Virus record (IMG/VR): IMGVR_UViG_3300035145_003920
Location: 1 to 64,000 of that record
Strand: one strand, 5' to 3'
Length of the DNA: 64,000 bases
Source of the DNA: a virus
Positions 18,630-29,222 of the stretch are shown here, in pieces (the stretch's first letter is position 1; each line of letters starts with the position of its first letter). The position numbers and the translations under genes were made by a program. The notes under the pieces are model-generated. The model saw nothing but the letters and a program-made list of their open reading frames with translations. It did not search any database and was not told the DNA's origin.

Positions 18630-19703
18630 TTATTCTGGTTCTTTTTCGAACTGAGAGATATCATTTACTTCTTGATCCTCTTCTACTACTTGGAAATCCA
18701 TCCCACCTAATACTTTAGCCCAATCTTTAGCATGATTAGTTTTGTATTTTTTAAGTTCATTTGGATCATCATTAATAAAACCATGAGGTGTCATTACAAT
18801 TCTACCTCTAGTAGTAACACCATTAATATGATTTTTATCAATTTGTAGATTAGTTCTTTTAGCAAATTCAACTTGCTTACCATCTTTAATTGCTTTAATT
18901 TTAGATGTTCCAGCAGTCATAATATTACCAAATGTAACTACAAATGTTGAATCAAACCACATTGCATAACCTCCTTTATTCATCAACTTAGGTTGACCCA
19001 TTGGAGATTCTGGTTTTAATGTCCAAACTTTATTTACACATACTAATGTATTAGTAAATGGTGAAGATTCCTTTCTCGATAATGTAATCTTTTGATTAAC
19101 ATTATTTCCAAATTGGGTTGACATAGCACCTGCATTCCACTCATTATTATTTTTATTTGATTTAAGTGACATTTCACAAGGTACAGAACCAATACTATCC
19201 CATAAGAATAATAAGTCATAAGGTAAATTACCTTTCTTTTGTTCGTCCATTAAATCTAAGATAAATGCTGCTACGTCTTCAATTGAATTAATAGTTTCTC
19301 TATCAACATAAATAAAATTACCTTCATAATCAATAATTTCACCATTGTCATCTCGAGTAATATTAATATCAAGACCCATCTGAATAGCATGCTCCCAATT
19401 CCACTTCATCTCAGTAATGATGAAGACTGGCAGTACCCCATTATTCTGAGCGGATACTGCAGCTTCAATCATTGCTGTTGTCTTACCAGTGTCAGAATGA
19501 CCTCTAAGTAAAACAATGTGACCCATAGGAATTCCAGGTACGGAAGTAACATCACTAAAGGCCTGTGAAAGGGGAATCCATTCTTGGTCTTTAAATTTGA
19601 TATTCTTATCTAAACCTTTTTTATTTTTAAAGGCATTAAGATCAAATTTAGATTGTATCTCAGCAGACACTGCTGCTGATAATGATTTGCTTTTTCTAGG
19701 CAT
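18630..19703 (-). CDS. uvsX: RecA/UvsX-like recombinase
   Basis: GHSDTGKT Walker A, LWDSIG Walker B, GGYAMWF. Confidence 0.85.
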   Translation of the reverse strand: MPRKSKSLSAAVSAEIQSKFDLNAFKNKKGLDKNIKFKDQEWIPLSQAFSDVTSVPGIPMGHIVLLRGHSDTGKTTAMIEAAVSAQNNGVLPVFIITEMKWNWEHAIQMGLDINITRDDNGEIIDYEGNFIYVDRETINSIEDVAAFILDLMDEQKKGNLPYDLLFLWDSIGSVPCEMSLKSNKNNNEWNAGAMSTQFGNNVNQKITLSRKESSPFTNTLVCVNKVWTLKPESPMGQPKLMNKGGYAMWFDSTFVVTFGNIMTAGTSKIKAIKDGKQVEFAKRTNLQIDKNHINGVTTRGRIVMTPHGFINDDPNELKKYKTNHAKDWAKVLGGMDFQVVEEDQEVNDISQFEKEPE

Positions 19704-19705
19704 AA

Positions 19706-20542
19706 TTAAAATGGTAAATCGTCAACTTTTTCCTTTTTCTCATCAAACAAACTATCAAATTCATCTGTTTTTGATTGTTTTGCTTTAGAAGTATCTAAAC
19801 TAAAATTCGAGGTCGGCTTATCATCAAATGATTCAGCTGGCTCTGAAACAATATCTCCTTCTTCAGCAGCATCATCAGGTGATAACCACTTTTCTAAAGC
19901 AGACTTCATTTCATCAAACGAATATCTCTTAAATAATTCTTCAGGATTTGGTTGAGTTTTTAACCATTCTTGAACTTTACTAGAATCTTCACTAAGTGCA
20001 GATGTTTTAAGTCTAACTCTTACTGATGACTTATTGTAAGGAGTACCTGTTGACTCTGGTCCTACAGTTTCTACTGTTAAATCTCTACCACCAGATACAT
20101 CTGTGTAATCTCCGATTTCTTCATCTACAGCAAGCGCTAATAGCTCTTCATAAACTTGCTTACCAAATTGCCATAGTCTAACACCTTTATCTTCCTCACC
20201 TCTAACAATTACAGGAGCAAAGATTCTAGTTTTAGCATCAAGCTTTTTAGCTAGAATATAATTTTCCTTATTATACTCTTCTCTAAGTTTTTGAGCAAAT
20301 AAATAAATAGGGTCTTTTTCACCGAAGTTAAGTGGTGAAATCATAACCTTATTTGTAATCCCATAATAGAACTTTAGTTCCTTAAATGGGTTTGAAGAAT
20401 TATACGCTGATGGTACAATCCTTACTTGTTGTTTACCCACAGTTGGTCTCCAGAAAATTGTTGTATAATCTGTTTTTTGACCACTTGAGTTTGATTTTTG
20501 TTGGAGTCCGTCCAACTTCTGTTTAAGTAATGATAAATCCAT
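19706..20542 (-). CDS. Single-stranded DNA-binding protein (gp32-like)
   Basis: Acidic tail ending DDLPF; beside the recombinase and helicase. Confidence 0.8.
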   Translation of the reverse strand: MDLSLLKQKLDGLQQKSNSSGQKTDYTTIFWRPTVGKQQVRIVPSAYNSSNPFKELKFYYGITNKVMISPLNFGEKDPIYLFAQKLREEYNKENYILAKKLDAKTRIFAPVIVRGEEDKGVRLWQFGKQVYEELLALAVDEEIGDYTDVSGGRDLTVETVGPESTGTPYNKSSVRVRLKTSALSEDSSKVQEWLKTQPNPEELFKRYSFDEMKSALEKWLSPDDAAEEGDIVSEPAESFDDKPTSNFSLDTSKAKQSKTDEFDSLFDEKKEKVDDLPF

Positions 20543-20569
20543 AATTTATAACTATTTTTAAATGTAACT

Positions 20570-20601
20570 CTAATATACGAACCAAAATTTGGGGAGCCAA
20601 A
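20570..20601 (-). promoter_or_regulatory. Host-type early promoter of the replication operon
   Basis: TTTG-N20-TATATTAG. Confidence 0.7.
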
Positions 20602-21069
20602 CTATAGTTCAATAATCTTAAAAATCTTTGTATTTAATTGATTTAGCTCGTTATGTTGAGTAAGTAAGATACAATTTCTGTAGTGTTGCCAATCAATTCT
20701 GAATTTGGTATCAACGACGCCACCATTTAGCTTCTTAATTAACTCATTTAAAGCATTAATCGTATACAAAGTATTTGATTCTTTTTTTCTATGCACCAAT
20801 ATAGTATTCTCAGGTATGGTACTCACGTTAGCTTGTTCAACATTGTAAGTCACAACATATTCTTCTTTACCAACAATCTCTAAAACAAAGAGTTTGTTGT
20901 AAATAATTTCATATTGTGATTTGATATCCTCTATAAGAGTGTCAAGACCTTCTAAATTTGTAAAGGTGCAAAATAATTTATTATTCAAGTCGCTTAAATT
21001 TTGTATGGTTGTTATAACGTCATATTCCGCGTTATACGTATTAAGCTCTCTATCCAAAGTTGTAATCAT
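20602..21069 (-). CDS. Hypothetical protein
   Basis: 155 aa in the replication block. Confidence 0.75.
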   Translation of the reverse strand: MITTLDRELNTYNAEYDVITTIQNLSDLNNKLFCTFTNLEGLDTLIEDIKSQYEIIYNKLFVLEIVGKEEYVVTYNVEQANVSTIPENTILVHRKKESNTLYTINALNELIKKLNGGVVDTKFRIDWQHYRNCILLTQHNELNQLNTKIFKIIEL

Positions 21070-22318
21070 AACCTTCTATCTCTTTAATATTTAATTTATA
21101 TTTTTTGAAAATATTTCTAATATCTTCTAAAAGTTTGGATTCATTTTCATCAAAATCGAATAAGAATGAATCATATGTATACAACACTAATTTTGTTTTG
21201 TGTTGCTTTAATGTACAAAATATATCCCACAAAATCAACGTATTTAAAGACGTTTCCATATTTTGTAGTATATAATTAAACAGTTTTTGCGGCTTCATAT
21301 TTTCCAATTCATCCTTCGTATATACAAAGTTTGAAATAGGACATTCTACAAACCCCTCACTATTAAATTTTTTCCAGGCTTCATCTATAAATCCTTGAAC
21401 TTTTTGAAAGAACTCAAGATGTCTATAATTTTCGAAAACTCCCCCATAAAGCTGTTTAAAAGTAAGCTCTTTCGATTTTTTGTAATCCACTTTATATAGG
21501 GCAGCAAAATGAGAGTGAATATCACTAGTGGGAAAGCTATAATTAACGAGGCGAGCAGCCAAACTAGGATGGTAAGCAGAGATATCAATTTCCACAAATT
21601 TAGTATTACGAGGAATAAAACTCTTTCTACATCCGTTTTCTTTATTAAGTGCGGCATAATTTACATTTTTAAATTTATTTGATGGTCTTGTTGTAGTTGT
21701 TTTTAAGTTGTACTGAGTGTAAACTCGTTCACCATCAATGGTATGGAAGTATCCTTCGAAGGTAGGAACGTGTACTTGAAGTCCACTTCGCTCGATAGCG
21801 TTGAATACCACGGATACTCTACTGTTATAGAATTCATTATATTTTGTTTTTTCATTATTAATATTATTTTTTAGATCTTCCCAAATCATCTCACACATTT
21901 CATAGTGTTTAACAATTGGGATAATTTTATTTAACTCCGGATTATCACTATGTTGTCTATAATATAATTCATGAGTTGATGTTGTAGGTCGTATATACGT
22001 AGTAGGTGGTATATTGATGTCATAGAGCTCTTTTAGGCAAAAATAATGCAATATCTCCTTTTTATCTCTACAATATAACTTTTCATACTTACTTAGTATT
22101 TCGTTTATACACGTATTTGCTCCATTAAATGTCTCACTATGGTCAACACATAACATAAACCCCTTACTTGCTAGTAATGGCCTAATATACACCAATGACA
22201 CACTATTTTGTGCCGGGTGTATTTTATCGTTAAATGGGATTATTTCAATAAATGCTTCTTTATAACCACTATTGTAAAAACCCTTTAACTGCTCTTCATT
22301 TTCTATAAGCCAGTACAT
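21050..22318 (-). CDS. Short, divergent family-A DNA polymerase-like protein
   Basis: TTTRPSN, VEIDISAYHP (motif A), KELTFKQLYGG (motif B), YTYDSFLFD (motif C). Confidence 0.75.
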   Translation of the reverse strand: MYWLIENEEQLKGFYNSGYKEAFIEIIPFNDKIHPAQNSVSLVYIRPLLASKGFMLCVDHSETFNGANTCINEILSKYEKLYCRDKKEILHYFCLKELYDINIPPTTYIRPTTSTHELYYRQHSDNPELNKIIPIVKHYEMCEMIWEDLKNNINNEKTKYNEFYNSRVSVVFNAIERSGLQVHVPTFEGYFHTIDGERVYTQYNLKTTTTRPSNKFKNVNYAALNKENGCRKSFIPRNTKFVEIDISAYHPSLAARLVNYSFPTSDIHSHFAALYKVDYKKSKELTFKQLYGGVFENYRHLEFFQKVQGFIDEAWKKFNSEGFVECPISNFVYTKDELENMKPQKLFNYILQNMETSLNTLILWDIFCTLKQHKTKLVLYTYDSFLFDFDENESKLLEDIRNIFKKYKLNIKEIEGYDYNFG

Positions 22319-22331
22319 AAAACCTTTTTCG

Positions 22332-22363
22332 ACAATATAAAACCTCTATTTAGCCCCTCCAAT
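22332..22363 (-). promoter_or_regulatory. Host-type early promoter (variant)
   Basis: ATTG-N20-TATATTGT upstream of the PolA-like gene. Confidence 0.5.
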
Positions 22364-23006
22364 ATTTATCAAACTTTCCTTTAAATGAGAGTTTGAATCC
22401 ATAAAGTTTTTGTTTTTGTTCACTTAAAGCTACTATTGATTCATTACGGTTGTATACTTCTTCTTTACTACCTTTTAAATTCCATCCAATTTTTATTGGA
22501 ACATATAAATTATAATCAACAGAAGGATCTAAATCTAAAAATAAGCGATATTCTTCAAGTGATACTTCAATAAATTGGCTTTCATTTCCTTTTTTAATAA
22601 AATATCTTTCAAAAATACCTCTGTTATAATCTTCTTCTGTTGGATAGGGAATTGATTTAATTGGAGGTCTAGGTGCATCTCCTCTATCTTTTATTTTTCT
22701 AGAAGCATAATAATCAGCATCTTCAATATACATGTTTACTCCTCTAGGTTCATTATGAGCTACTCTTTTAAAAGAAGATTTGTTATTTTTAGGATTAACT
22801 GTTGGGTTTGATAATTCGGATTCTGATGGTTTAATAACTTCTAATGGTTCGCTATTTTTTTGATTTGGGTTAGTACCTGAATAGAAGCTTCCATCAGCTG
22901 TTTTATAATAAGCACCAATATATTCTTCAAATGGGGTTCTAATATATTTTAATTCACCTCCATTTGTATAAAGATCTGTTACTATTTGATGTTGTGGGTA
23001 ATACAT
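22350..23006 (-). CDS. Hypothetical protein (tail/baseplate region)
   Basis: 218 aa, coupled to the hub gene. Confidence 0.75.
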   Translation of the reverse strand: MYYPQHQIVTDLYTNGGELKYIRTPFEEYIGAYYKTADGSFYSGTNPNQKNSEPLEVIKPSESELSNPTVNPKNNKSSFKRVAHNEPRGVNMYIEDADYYASRKIKDRGDAPRPPIKSIPYPTEEDYNRGIFERYFIKKGNESQFIEVSLEEYRLFLDLDPSVDYNLYVPIKIGWNLKGSKEEVYNRNESIVALSEQKQKLYGFKLSFKGKFDKYWRG

Positions 23007-26000
23007 TATATTAATTTTACTTTTCTACCATCATCACCTCTCATATTGGTAATTGCTCCATATTTTGCTGTTGCATTTTCTACTGCTACATTAATATTAA
23101 ATTCTAATCCAAAGTGAACACTATCTACATAACCTGCAAAAGTTCCACCCCAAACTAAACCATTTTGAGTAGCAGCTTTATCAAAACCATGGTTAATCCA
23201 AGGCACGTTATTATCTTTCATTAATGATTTACCTGAAGGGGTATCAACATTCATATCAATACTTGCGTAATAATTATGTCTAGATTTACCAGGATCTGCA
23301 TTTGAAGAATTTACTTTCTGTAGTTCTTTTGATTCTTCAATACTTCTTCCTACATCATTTATCCTTAAAGTATACCCCTTATAATTTTCTTCTAAATAAG
23401 TAAAGAATTTACGGAATGCCGGTTTAGCATCTGGATTTAGGGTTTCTATTACTTTAGAAGAATTTACTGTTACATATATTGTACGATCAAGATGTAAATT
23501 AGCCTTTTTATTTCTAATCCATTGATCTCTTTTCATTTTCCTACTTCTACCTTGGGTACCTTTTGGATTTTCAATTTTAGGATATATTCTAAAAGCTTCA
23601 GCATTAATTTCAGTATTGGATGGAACTTTGTATCCTAATAGTTCTCCTTTTCTAATTTTAATAACTAGTTCTTTTGTGTCATCAGGTTGTGGTCCTCTTT
23701 CATTTTCAGGAAGTAAACCTGTTTGGGTTTTCTGAATTTCACTATAAAGGTTTCCAACATTACCTTTTACTATTTTTTTAGTATTTGGAATTGAAAGAGT
23801 ATCTAAATCTGTTTCCCAAGTATTATCTTGAATTTTATGATCAACTTTTTGTATTAAAAATTTTAATGCTTTTGGATATTGATCAGGAAGAAAAGTATTA
23901 TTGATATTTAATTTATTATAAATTTTTATACCAGAAATTCCTTCTAATGTTATATTAAAACCAACAGGAATAAATCCTATTTGAGAAGAAGGGCTTCTAT
24001 TACTTTTATCTTCAGGATTATCAATATTTGGAGTATCATAAATCTCTTTAGTAATAGTATTTATATAAGTTCTAAATGCTGCTTTTCCTCTAGAAATAAA
24101 ACTTGAATCATATTTAAAGTAATTAGCTTTATTAGGATTAACTTTATATTTTTTTTCTACTAAAACCCAACCTGCACTTTTTCTTTCACCATTTTCTCTT
24201 CTATTAGGTTTCCAAACCCAAGTTTGTACTTTAAGTTCAGTACCCCCACCAAAAGCATCCGCTAGGTAAACGGCATAATTATTATTTTGTTCAGCAGATA
24301 ATTCAGATTGGGAAATTAAATCATCATTTGCTGCTAAATGTCTATCATTTTTTAAAGTTCGATTTACAAATTCCTTAATAGACATATTTCCCCTAATTGA
24401 TTCGTGATGTATGCTTCTATTATCTCTTCCATATTCTGATTTTTCAAAACTTTTAAATCTATTATCTGAAGATTTATCAGTTCCTGAAAATGCAACCCAA
24501 GAAGATTTTTGATTCCATATTTTAGCTAATGCATCTGCTCTTTTTTGTAATTCTTTTTCTTCTTTATCTTCTTTAGTCATATTGTTTTGAGGATCTACAA
24601 TTGCAGGGGAAAATCTATCCCTTAATCCTTCATTCCAATATGAAAAAGCAGTTCCATCTTCAACTTTAGTAGTACTTCCTCCAGCAGTAGTTCCTATACT
24701 AATCATAGATGCTAAATCTGGGGTGATTGAGGTTTTGAATGAAATATCTTTTACAAAATTTGATTCTTTTTTGCTTGAATTATAACCATATACTTCTAAA
24801 TCTACTACCTCAACTTTTGGATCAGCTATATCTTCTAAATATCCCGATATTGGATTTTGATCAATAAAAGTAACAATTTTATCTTCTTTTATAACAGGTT
24901 CAATATGATTAACCCCTCCTAAAGCAGAATTTATACCATCACAAATTCTTTTAAAAAATTTAAATACAGATAACTTTCCATCTGTAGTATTAGCAATTAA
25001 TGATGAAGAAATAAAATCATAATTTAAATAAATATTCATTAACCTACCATAAAGCACACCACTTGGGGTAAAACTAACATAGGATTCTAAATCCTTTTCT
25101 AATGATTCTGGGGTTATAATTCCATTAATTCTAAATCTAGGATTATCTTCTCCTAAATCCCCAAATACAGGTTTAAAAATACAAACTCTAGGATCTAAAG
25201 AAATTTGATTTGGAAAATATGAAACTTTATTAGCAAAAACATCATTCTCAATATCTAATTGAGGTGAAATAAAATCTCCAGTTTTAATACCTGGTATAAG
25301 ATTATTTTGAACAAGTTCTAATAACTCTCCAAAACTCATATAATAAAAATATTTGTTATTGCTTTTTAATGTATTTCTATCTATGGATGTTGTTCTACCT
25401 GATTTTTTAGCCCCTATTGTTGCAGCAGCGTTATATGATGAAAAATATCTACTATCATTTTTAAATAAATCATCTAACCCAATTGTAGAAAAAAGATATC
25501 TACCTAATTTATTATCTTGAGCTGAATTTACTATTGGAGTGTCTATTAAGTTTTTAAAACCTATTAATTGATTATCATCTATAGAAGAGGAAATATCTAC
25601 TTGTATTTCATCTAAATCAACAGCAGATACAGGAATATTAGCTTGTATAGATTCTACTACATCTCCTACAGTAATCAATTTTAAATCAATATCGTAACTG
25701 CCATCTGATCCAAAAGTCCAAGTAAAGTTAACTACTTTTCCAAAAAAGCCATCATAATTTCCATGATATTTTATCCTATATTCTTCTATAGTATTAATCA
25801 TAGATAATTGAGTAGTATCATTAGTATTAAACCAAAGATCTTCTATAATAGTATTTTCTGTTGATTTGAAATTACCATCATTATCAATATACTTATCATT
25901 CCCCCATTCAAGCATCATGGTAAATCCTATCCTTAAATAAAGTAATTCTAAAAGAGCAAATTGATATTTGTTATAAGCTTTAATTTGAACATTAGCTTCT

Positions 26001-26524
26001 CTAATAGATCCCCTATTTAATGATTTTACTGTTACTGAGGTAATCCCAGGCATAGGTTGTTGACCAAAATCAGTTCCACCTAAACCATATACTGAATTAA
26101 AATTCCAAATACTTTTAGTTTTATTATATCCTGATCTAGAGGTATACCCTAATCCTTTTCCTTTTTGAAAATTATCTTCACCATATATAGGATTACCCTC
26201 ATCATCATAACTTTCATTAATTATCTCTCTATTTAAACGTGAGGTACCATTAAATAAAATAGTTTTTTCTGCTAATTCAGTGCCTCTAAATTGATTTACT
26301 AAAGTTGGATCCCCAATAACTCTTGCTAATCTTTCTAAACCACCATCTTCTTTAACAATCTCCATTCCTGAAGCTAACTTAACCCAGGCAGTTTGATTAT
26401 TTAAATATTGGATTTGTTCTGGAGTTCTATCTTGACCATATCCAGAATATTGGTCTTTTTGTCTTTGACCAATTTGTTTGAATACATATTCTTTAAATTC
26501 TTCTCCAACTATGTTTCCAGTCAT
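23006..26524 (-). CDS. Baseplate hub-like protein with C-terminal M15 peptidase
   Basis: 1172 aa; SRHNYYASID and WGGTFAGYVDSVHF Zn-peptidase motifs. Confidence 0.75.
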   Translation of the reverse strand: MTGNIVGEEFKEYVFKQIGQRQKDQYSGYGQDRTPEQIQYLNNQTAWVKLASGMEIVKEDGGLERLARVIGDPTLVNQFRGTELAEKTILFNGTSRLNREIINESYDDEGNPIYGEDNFQKGKGLGYTSRSGYNKTKSIWNFNSVYGLGGTDFGQQPMPGITSVTVKSLNRGSIREANVQIKAYNKYQFALLELLYLRIGFTMMLEWGNDKYIDNDGNFKSTENTIIEDLWFNTNDTTQLSMINTIEEYRIKYHGNYDGFFGKVVNFTWTFGSDGSYDIDLKLITVGDVVESIQANIPVSAVDLDEIQVDISSSIDDNQLIGFKNLIDTPIVNSAQDNKLGRYLFSTIGLDDLFKNDSRYFSSYNAAATIGAKKSGRTTSIDRNTLKSNNKYFYYMSFGELLELVQNNLIPGIKTGDFISPQLDIENDVFANKVSYFPNQISLDPRVCIFKPVFGDLGEDNPRFRINGIITPESLEKDLESYVSFTPSGVLYGRLMNIYLNYDFISSSLIANTTDGKLSVFKFFKRICDGINSALGGVNHIEPVIKEDKIVTFIDQNPISGYLEDIADPKVEVVDLEVYGYNSSKKESNFVKDISFKTSITPDLASMISIGTTAGGSTTKVEDGTAFSYWNEGLRDRFSPAIVDPQNNMTKEDKEEKELQKRADALAKIWNQKSSWVAFSGTDKSSDNRFKSFEKSEYGRDNRSIHHESIRGNMSIKEFVNRTLKNDRHLAANDDLISQSELSAEQNNNYAVYLADAFGGGTELKVQTWVWKPNRRENGERKSAGWVLVEKKYKVNPNKANYFKYDSSFISRGKAAFRTYINTITKEIYDTPNIDNPEDKSNRSPSSQIGFIPVGFNITLEGISGIKIYNKLNINNTFLPDQYPKALKFLIQKVDHKIQDNTWETDLDTLSIPNTKKIVKGNVGNLYSEIQKTQTGLLPENERGPQPDDTKELVIKIRKGELLGYKVPSNTEINAEAFRIYPKIENPKGTQGRSRKMKRDQWIRNKKANLHLDRTIYVTVNSSKVIETLNPDAKPAFRKFFTYLEENYKGYTLRINDVGRSIEESKELQKVNSSNADPGKSRHNYYASIDMNVDTPSGKSLMKDNNVPWINHGFDKAATQNGLVWGGTFAGYVDSVHFGLEFNINVAVENATAKYGAITNMRGDDGRKVKLI

Positions 26525-26526
26525 AA

Positions 26527-26829
26527 CTATCTTTCATTTAAGGCCTTGAATTGAGAAATTACTGAACCTATATTTTGTGGTATCCTAATTTGTCTGCCTT
26601 CTGGAATATAATAAGAATTTTGGGGTAAATCACTATTTGCTGAAGAAATGATCCACCATAAAGAAGAATCATTATAATATTCTTGGGCTAAGACATCAAA
26701 TCTATCTCCTTGGGTAGTATAAACGTAAATATCTTCAAAAGATAAAGGTATTTCTGGATACTTAGTAGTACCGTAATATTTTTTACCTGTGAGGTCATTT
26801 AATATTTTTATGTCTTGATATCTTCTCAT
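26527..26829 (-). CDS. LysM-type baseplate wedge protein (gp53-like)
   Basis: GDRFDVLAQEYYNDSSLWWIISSAN...GRQIRIP. Confidence 0.8.
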   Translation of the reverse strand: MRRYQDIKILNDLTGKKYYGTTKYPEIPLSFEDIYVYTTQGDRFDVLAQEYYNDSSLWWIISSANSDLPQNSYYIPEGRQIRIPQNIGSVISQFKALNER

Positions 26830-28976
26830 TTATTAATATAATTTATATCATCATAATTATTATTAAACCCATTATCTAAAGCTATATATCTTTCTTTACC
26901 AAATTTAGTTAGATCACCATTCTTTTTAAAGCTATTTCTTTGAACTTGAGGGGTAAATTCATGTATTGGAATAAAGTTAAATCCTGTTACTTTAATTATA
27001 TGAGGCATTTCTTTTACCGTTTTATCAGATTTAATTTTATTATTTCCTGTTCCTACTGTACTTTCAGGATTTGTTGGTATACCTATTTCCCAAGGTGATT
27101 CTTCAGGAACACCATAAGATAAACTTGTAATAATTCCTGGTTGTTCATATAAGTAACCCCCAACAGTTAAAGTAGCTAAATTGCCTCTCATATATCCTAT
27201 AGTTTTAGAATAATCAGGTGCTAATGTTGAAGCTAAATAATTTAACTTTTGGTACATTGGCATTAATTCTTGTTTAGATTGGGCTGCTACTGTCCAACCT
27301 AACGAAATTTTTCTATCAAATCCATTATATCTGTAGAAATTTTCTCCTCTACCCATGAATTTATCTGAATTCCATTCTGCACTATAATCATCATTCATTG
27401 AATCTAAAAATGCTCTAAAATGAATAAATACTTTTTGTGAAGGATTATCATTTTGAATAATTCCAATTCTAAATTTAACTAAATCATTTTTATCTTTATC
27501 TTGTCTAACTATTCCTGATTTATATAATCTAATAGCATTGACTTTATCTACAGGATCTAATTCTGTTATAGATTTGTCTTTATCTCTTCCTATTTGTTGT
27601 TTACCTATTTGATAATTTCTTGTGTCATTCTTTTTACCTGGGTTTCCTAAACCAACTCTAGTTTCAATATTACTATCAGGATAACTTAAGCTAATAGTGT
27701 TTTTTCTATAATCTTCTGTTATTGTAGGATTTTCTTTACTAGATTGTCTTGCAAGTATATCTTCACTTACATTATAAGAATTTGGAGCTATTAATTTTCC
27801 ATCTGCTCCAAATGCACTTTTCATAACATCTGTTACTTGAGTAACAGGATTATTATTAAATTTTTGTAAATCAAGTTGGTTTTGAAAGGCACTTAAATTT
27901 GCACTTAAATCTTTATTTAAAAACTTACTAAATGGGTTTGGTTTTGGGGCAGAAGATGAATTATTATTTAAAAATTCTAGATATTTAGTAGAAGCTCCTA
28001 TTCTTTTAAATTGATCATTTGTAGTAAGACTTACATATTCTGCATCATTAGTAAATAAATTACGTCCTGTATATGTTGAAGGAGTATATCTGGTATTATA
28101 TTTTCCACTATTAATTGTATCAACATTTAATTGATTTAAAAAGTTATTACCACTAAAATTATTAGAACCAAATTGAATTGGTTTAGATATGTCAATATTA
28201 GTTGGAAAAGAAAAATCAGGGGTTTTAATATCCATACCTCCAGCCCAACTTACTCCTCCTTTTACATAATTTAAATTTGGGTTATTTAAACCTGTTCTTT
28301 GTTTAGATAAAGGTATTCTTGTTTTTCCTATACCTAATATAGCACCAGGTCCTCCTTGATAATTAAAAAGTTCTGTTGCAGATGTTTTTTTATTTACCTT
28401 TTCAGTAGTAAATTGTTTTAATTTACTTTCATAATTAGGATTTGAAGTTATTTCAATATAAGTTGGTTGTCCTAATGGATCTGTAGCACCAAATAATTCA
28501 AATATACCTCCTCCATTTTTTCCAATACCTTTAAATGGATCAATTCCTTGTTTATTTAAATGCAGGCCTATAGAGTTACCAGCGCTCTGTAATAAAGTAG
28601 AGGTCGGTAAGTATATACCGTTATTTAACGCTTTACCTTTGCCATCTGTGGCAACGGACATACGAGATAGTAAATTTTCTTTGGCTATGAATAATGGACC
28701 TCCAATTGATTTAAAATCAAAAAACATTTGAGCTAATCTAGAAACGTCCCTAACTGCTCTACCAGGCATTAAAGTACCGCCTCTTAGTAGAACATCAGGC
28801 CCACCAGATCTATCAACCCCGCTTAAATCCCTATTTGCATCCGCTGAGAATGGTAAATTTGGATTACCAGGTAAGTCTCTAGTAATATATGGTTGGTTAC
28901 TAGATCCTCCCCCTACGCGATCTTTAGTATATCTGAGGCTTTTTAGATTTGTTTTAAAATCAATTAATCCTCCCAT
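26826..28976 (-). CDS. Baseplate / tail-tube initiator-like protein
   Basis: C-terminal FRAFLDS...GRGENFYRY...PGIITSL tube-fold region; downstream of the tape measure gene. Confidence 0.65.
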   Translation of the reverse strand: MGGLIDFKTNLKSLRYTKDRVGGGSSNQPYITRDLPGNPNLPFSADANRDLSGVDRSGGPDVLLRGGTLMPGRAVRDVSRLAQMFFDFKSIGGPLFIAKENLLSRMSVATDGKGKALNNGIYLPTSTLLQSAGNSIGLHLNKQGIDPFKGIGKNGGGIFELFGATDPLGQPTYIEITSNPNYESKLKQFTTEKVNKKTSATELFNYQGGPGAILGIGKTRIPLSKQRTGLNNPNLNYVKGGVSWAGGMDIKTPDFSFPTNIDISKPIQFGSNNFSGNNFLNQLNVDTINSGKYNTRYTPSTYTGRNLFTNDAEYVSLTTNDQFKRIGASTKYLEFLNNNSSSAPKPNPFSKFLNKDLSANLSAFQNQLDLQKFNNNPVTQVTDVMKSAFGADGKLIAPNSYNVSEDILARQSSKENPTITEDYRKNTISLSYPDSNIETRVGLGNPGKKNDTRNYQIGKQQIGRDKDKSITELDPVDKVNAIRLYKSGIVRQDKDKNDLVKFRIGIIQNDNPSQKVFIHFRAFLDSMNDDYSAEWNSDKFMGRGENFYRYNGFDRKISLGWTVAAQSKQELMPMYQKLNYLASTLAPDYSKTIGYMRGNLATLTVGGYLYEQPGIITSLSYGVPEESPWEIGIPTNPESTVGTGNNKIKSDKTVKEMPHIIKVTGFNFIPIHEFTPQVQRNSFKKNGDLTKFGKERYIALDNGFNNNYDDINYINK

Positions 28977-28986
28977 TTAAAAAGAT

Positions 28987-29196
28987 TTATTCAGGTAAAT
29001 TGTCCATATATTTAGGTGGAGTTTGTCCATCTAAATCTAATTCCGAAGGTACTGGTTTACCATTTACAGTTGGAATACCATTAATAGAATACTCTTTATG
29101 CAATTTTGAACTTGCAAAATCAGGTACACTAGGAGTGGATCCATCTAAGTTTGTTAAATTTGAACCTTGGTTTAATAATTTATCTTTAAGTCCCAT
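28987..29196 (-). CDS. Small tail-region protein
   Basis: 69 aa with internal repeat LDGxTP; own late motif. Confidence 0.7.
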   Translation of the reverse strand: MGLKDKLLNQGSNLTNLDGSTPSVPDFASSKLHKEYSINGIPTVNGKPVPSELDLDGQTPPKYMDNLPE

Positions 29197-29209
29197 AATT
29201 TTATTTTAT

Positions 29210-29217
29210 TATAAATA
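29210..29217 (-). promoter_or_regulatory. Putative late promoter TATTTATA
   Basis: One of at least 13 exact intergenic copies upstream of late genes. Confidence 0.7.
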
Positions 29218-29222
29218 TTGAA

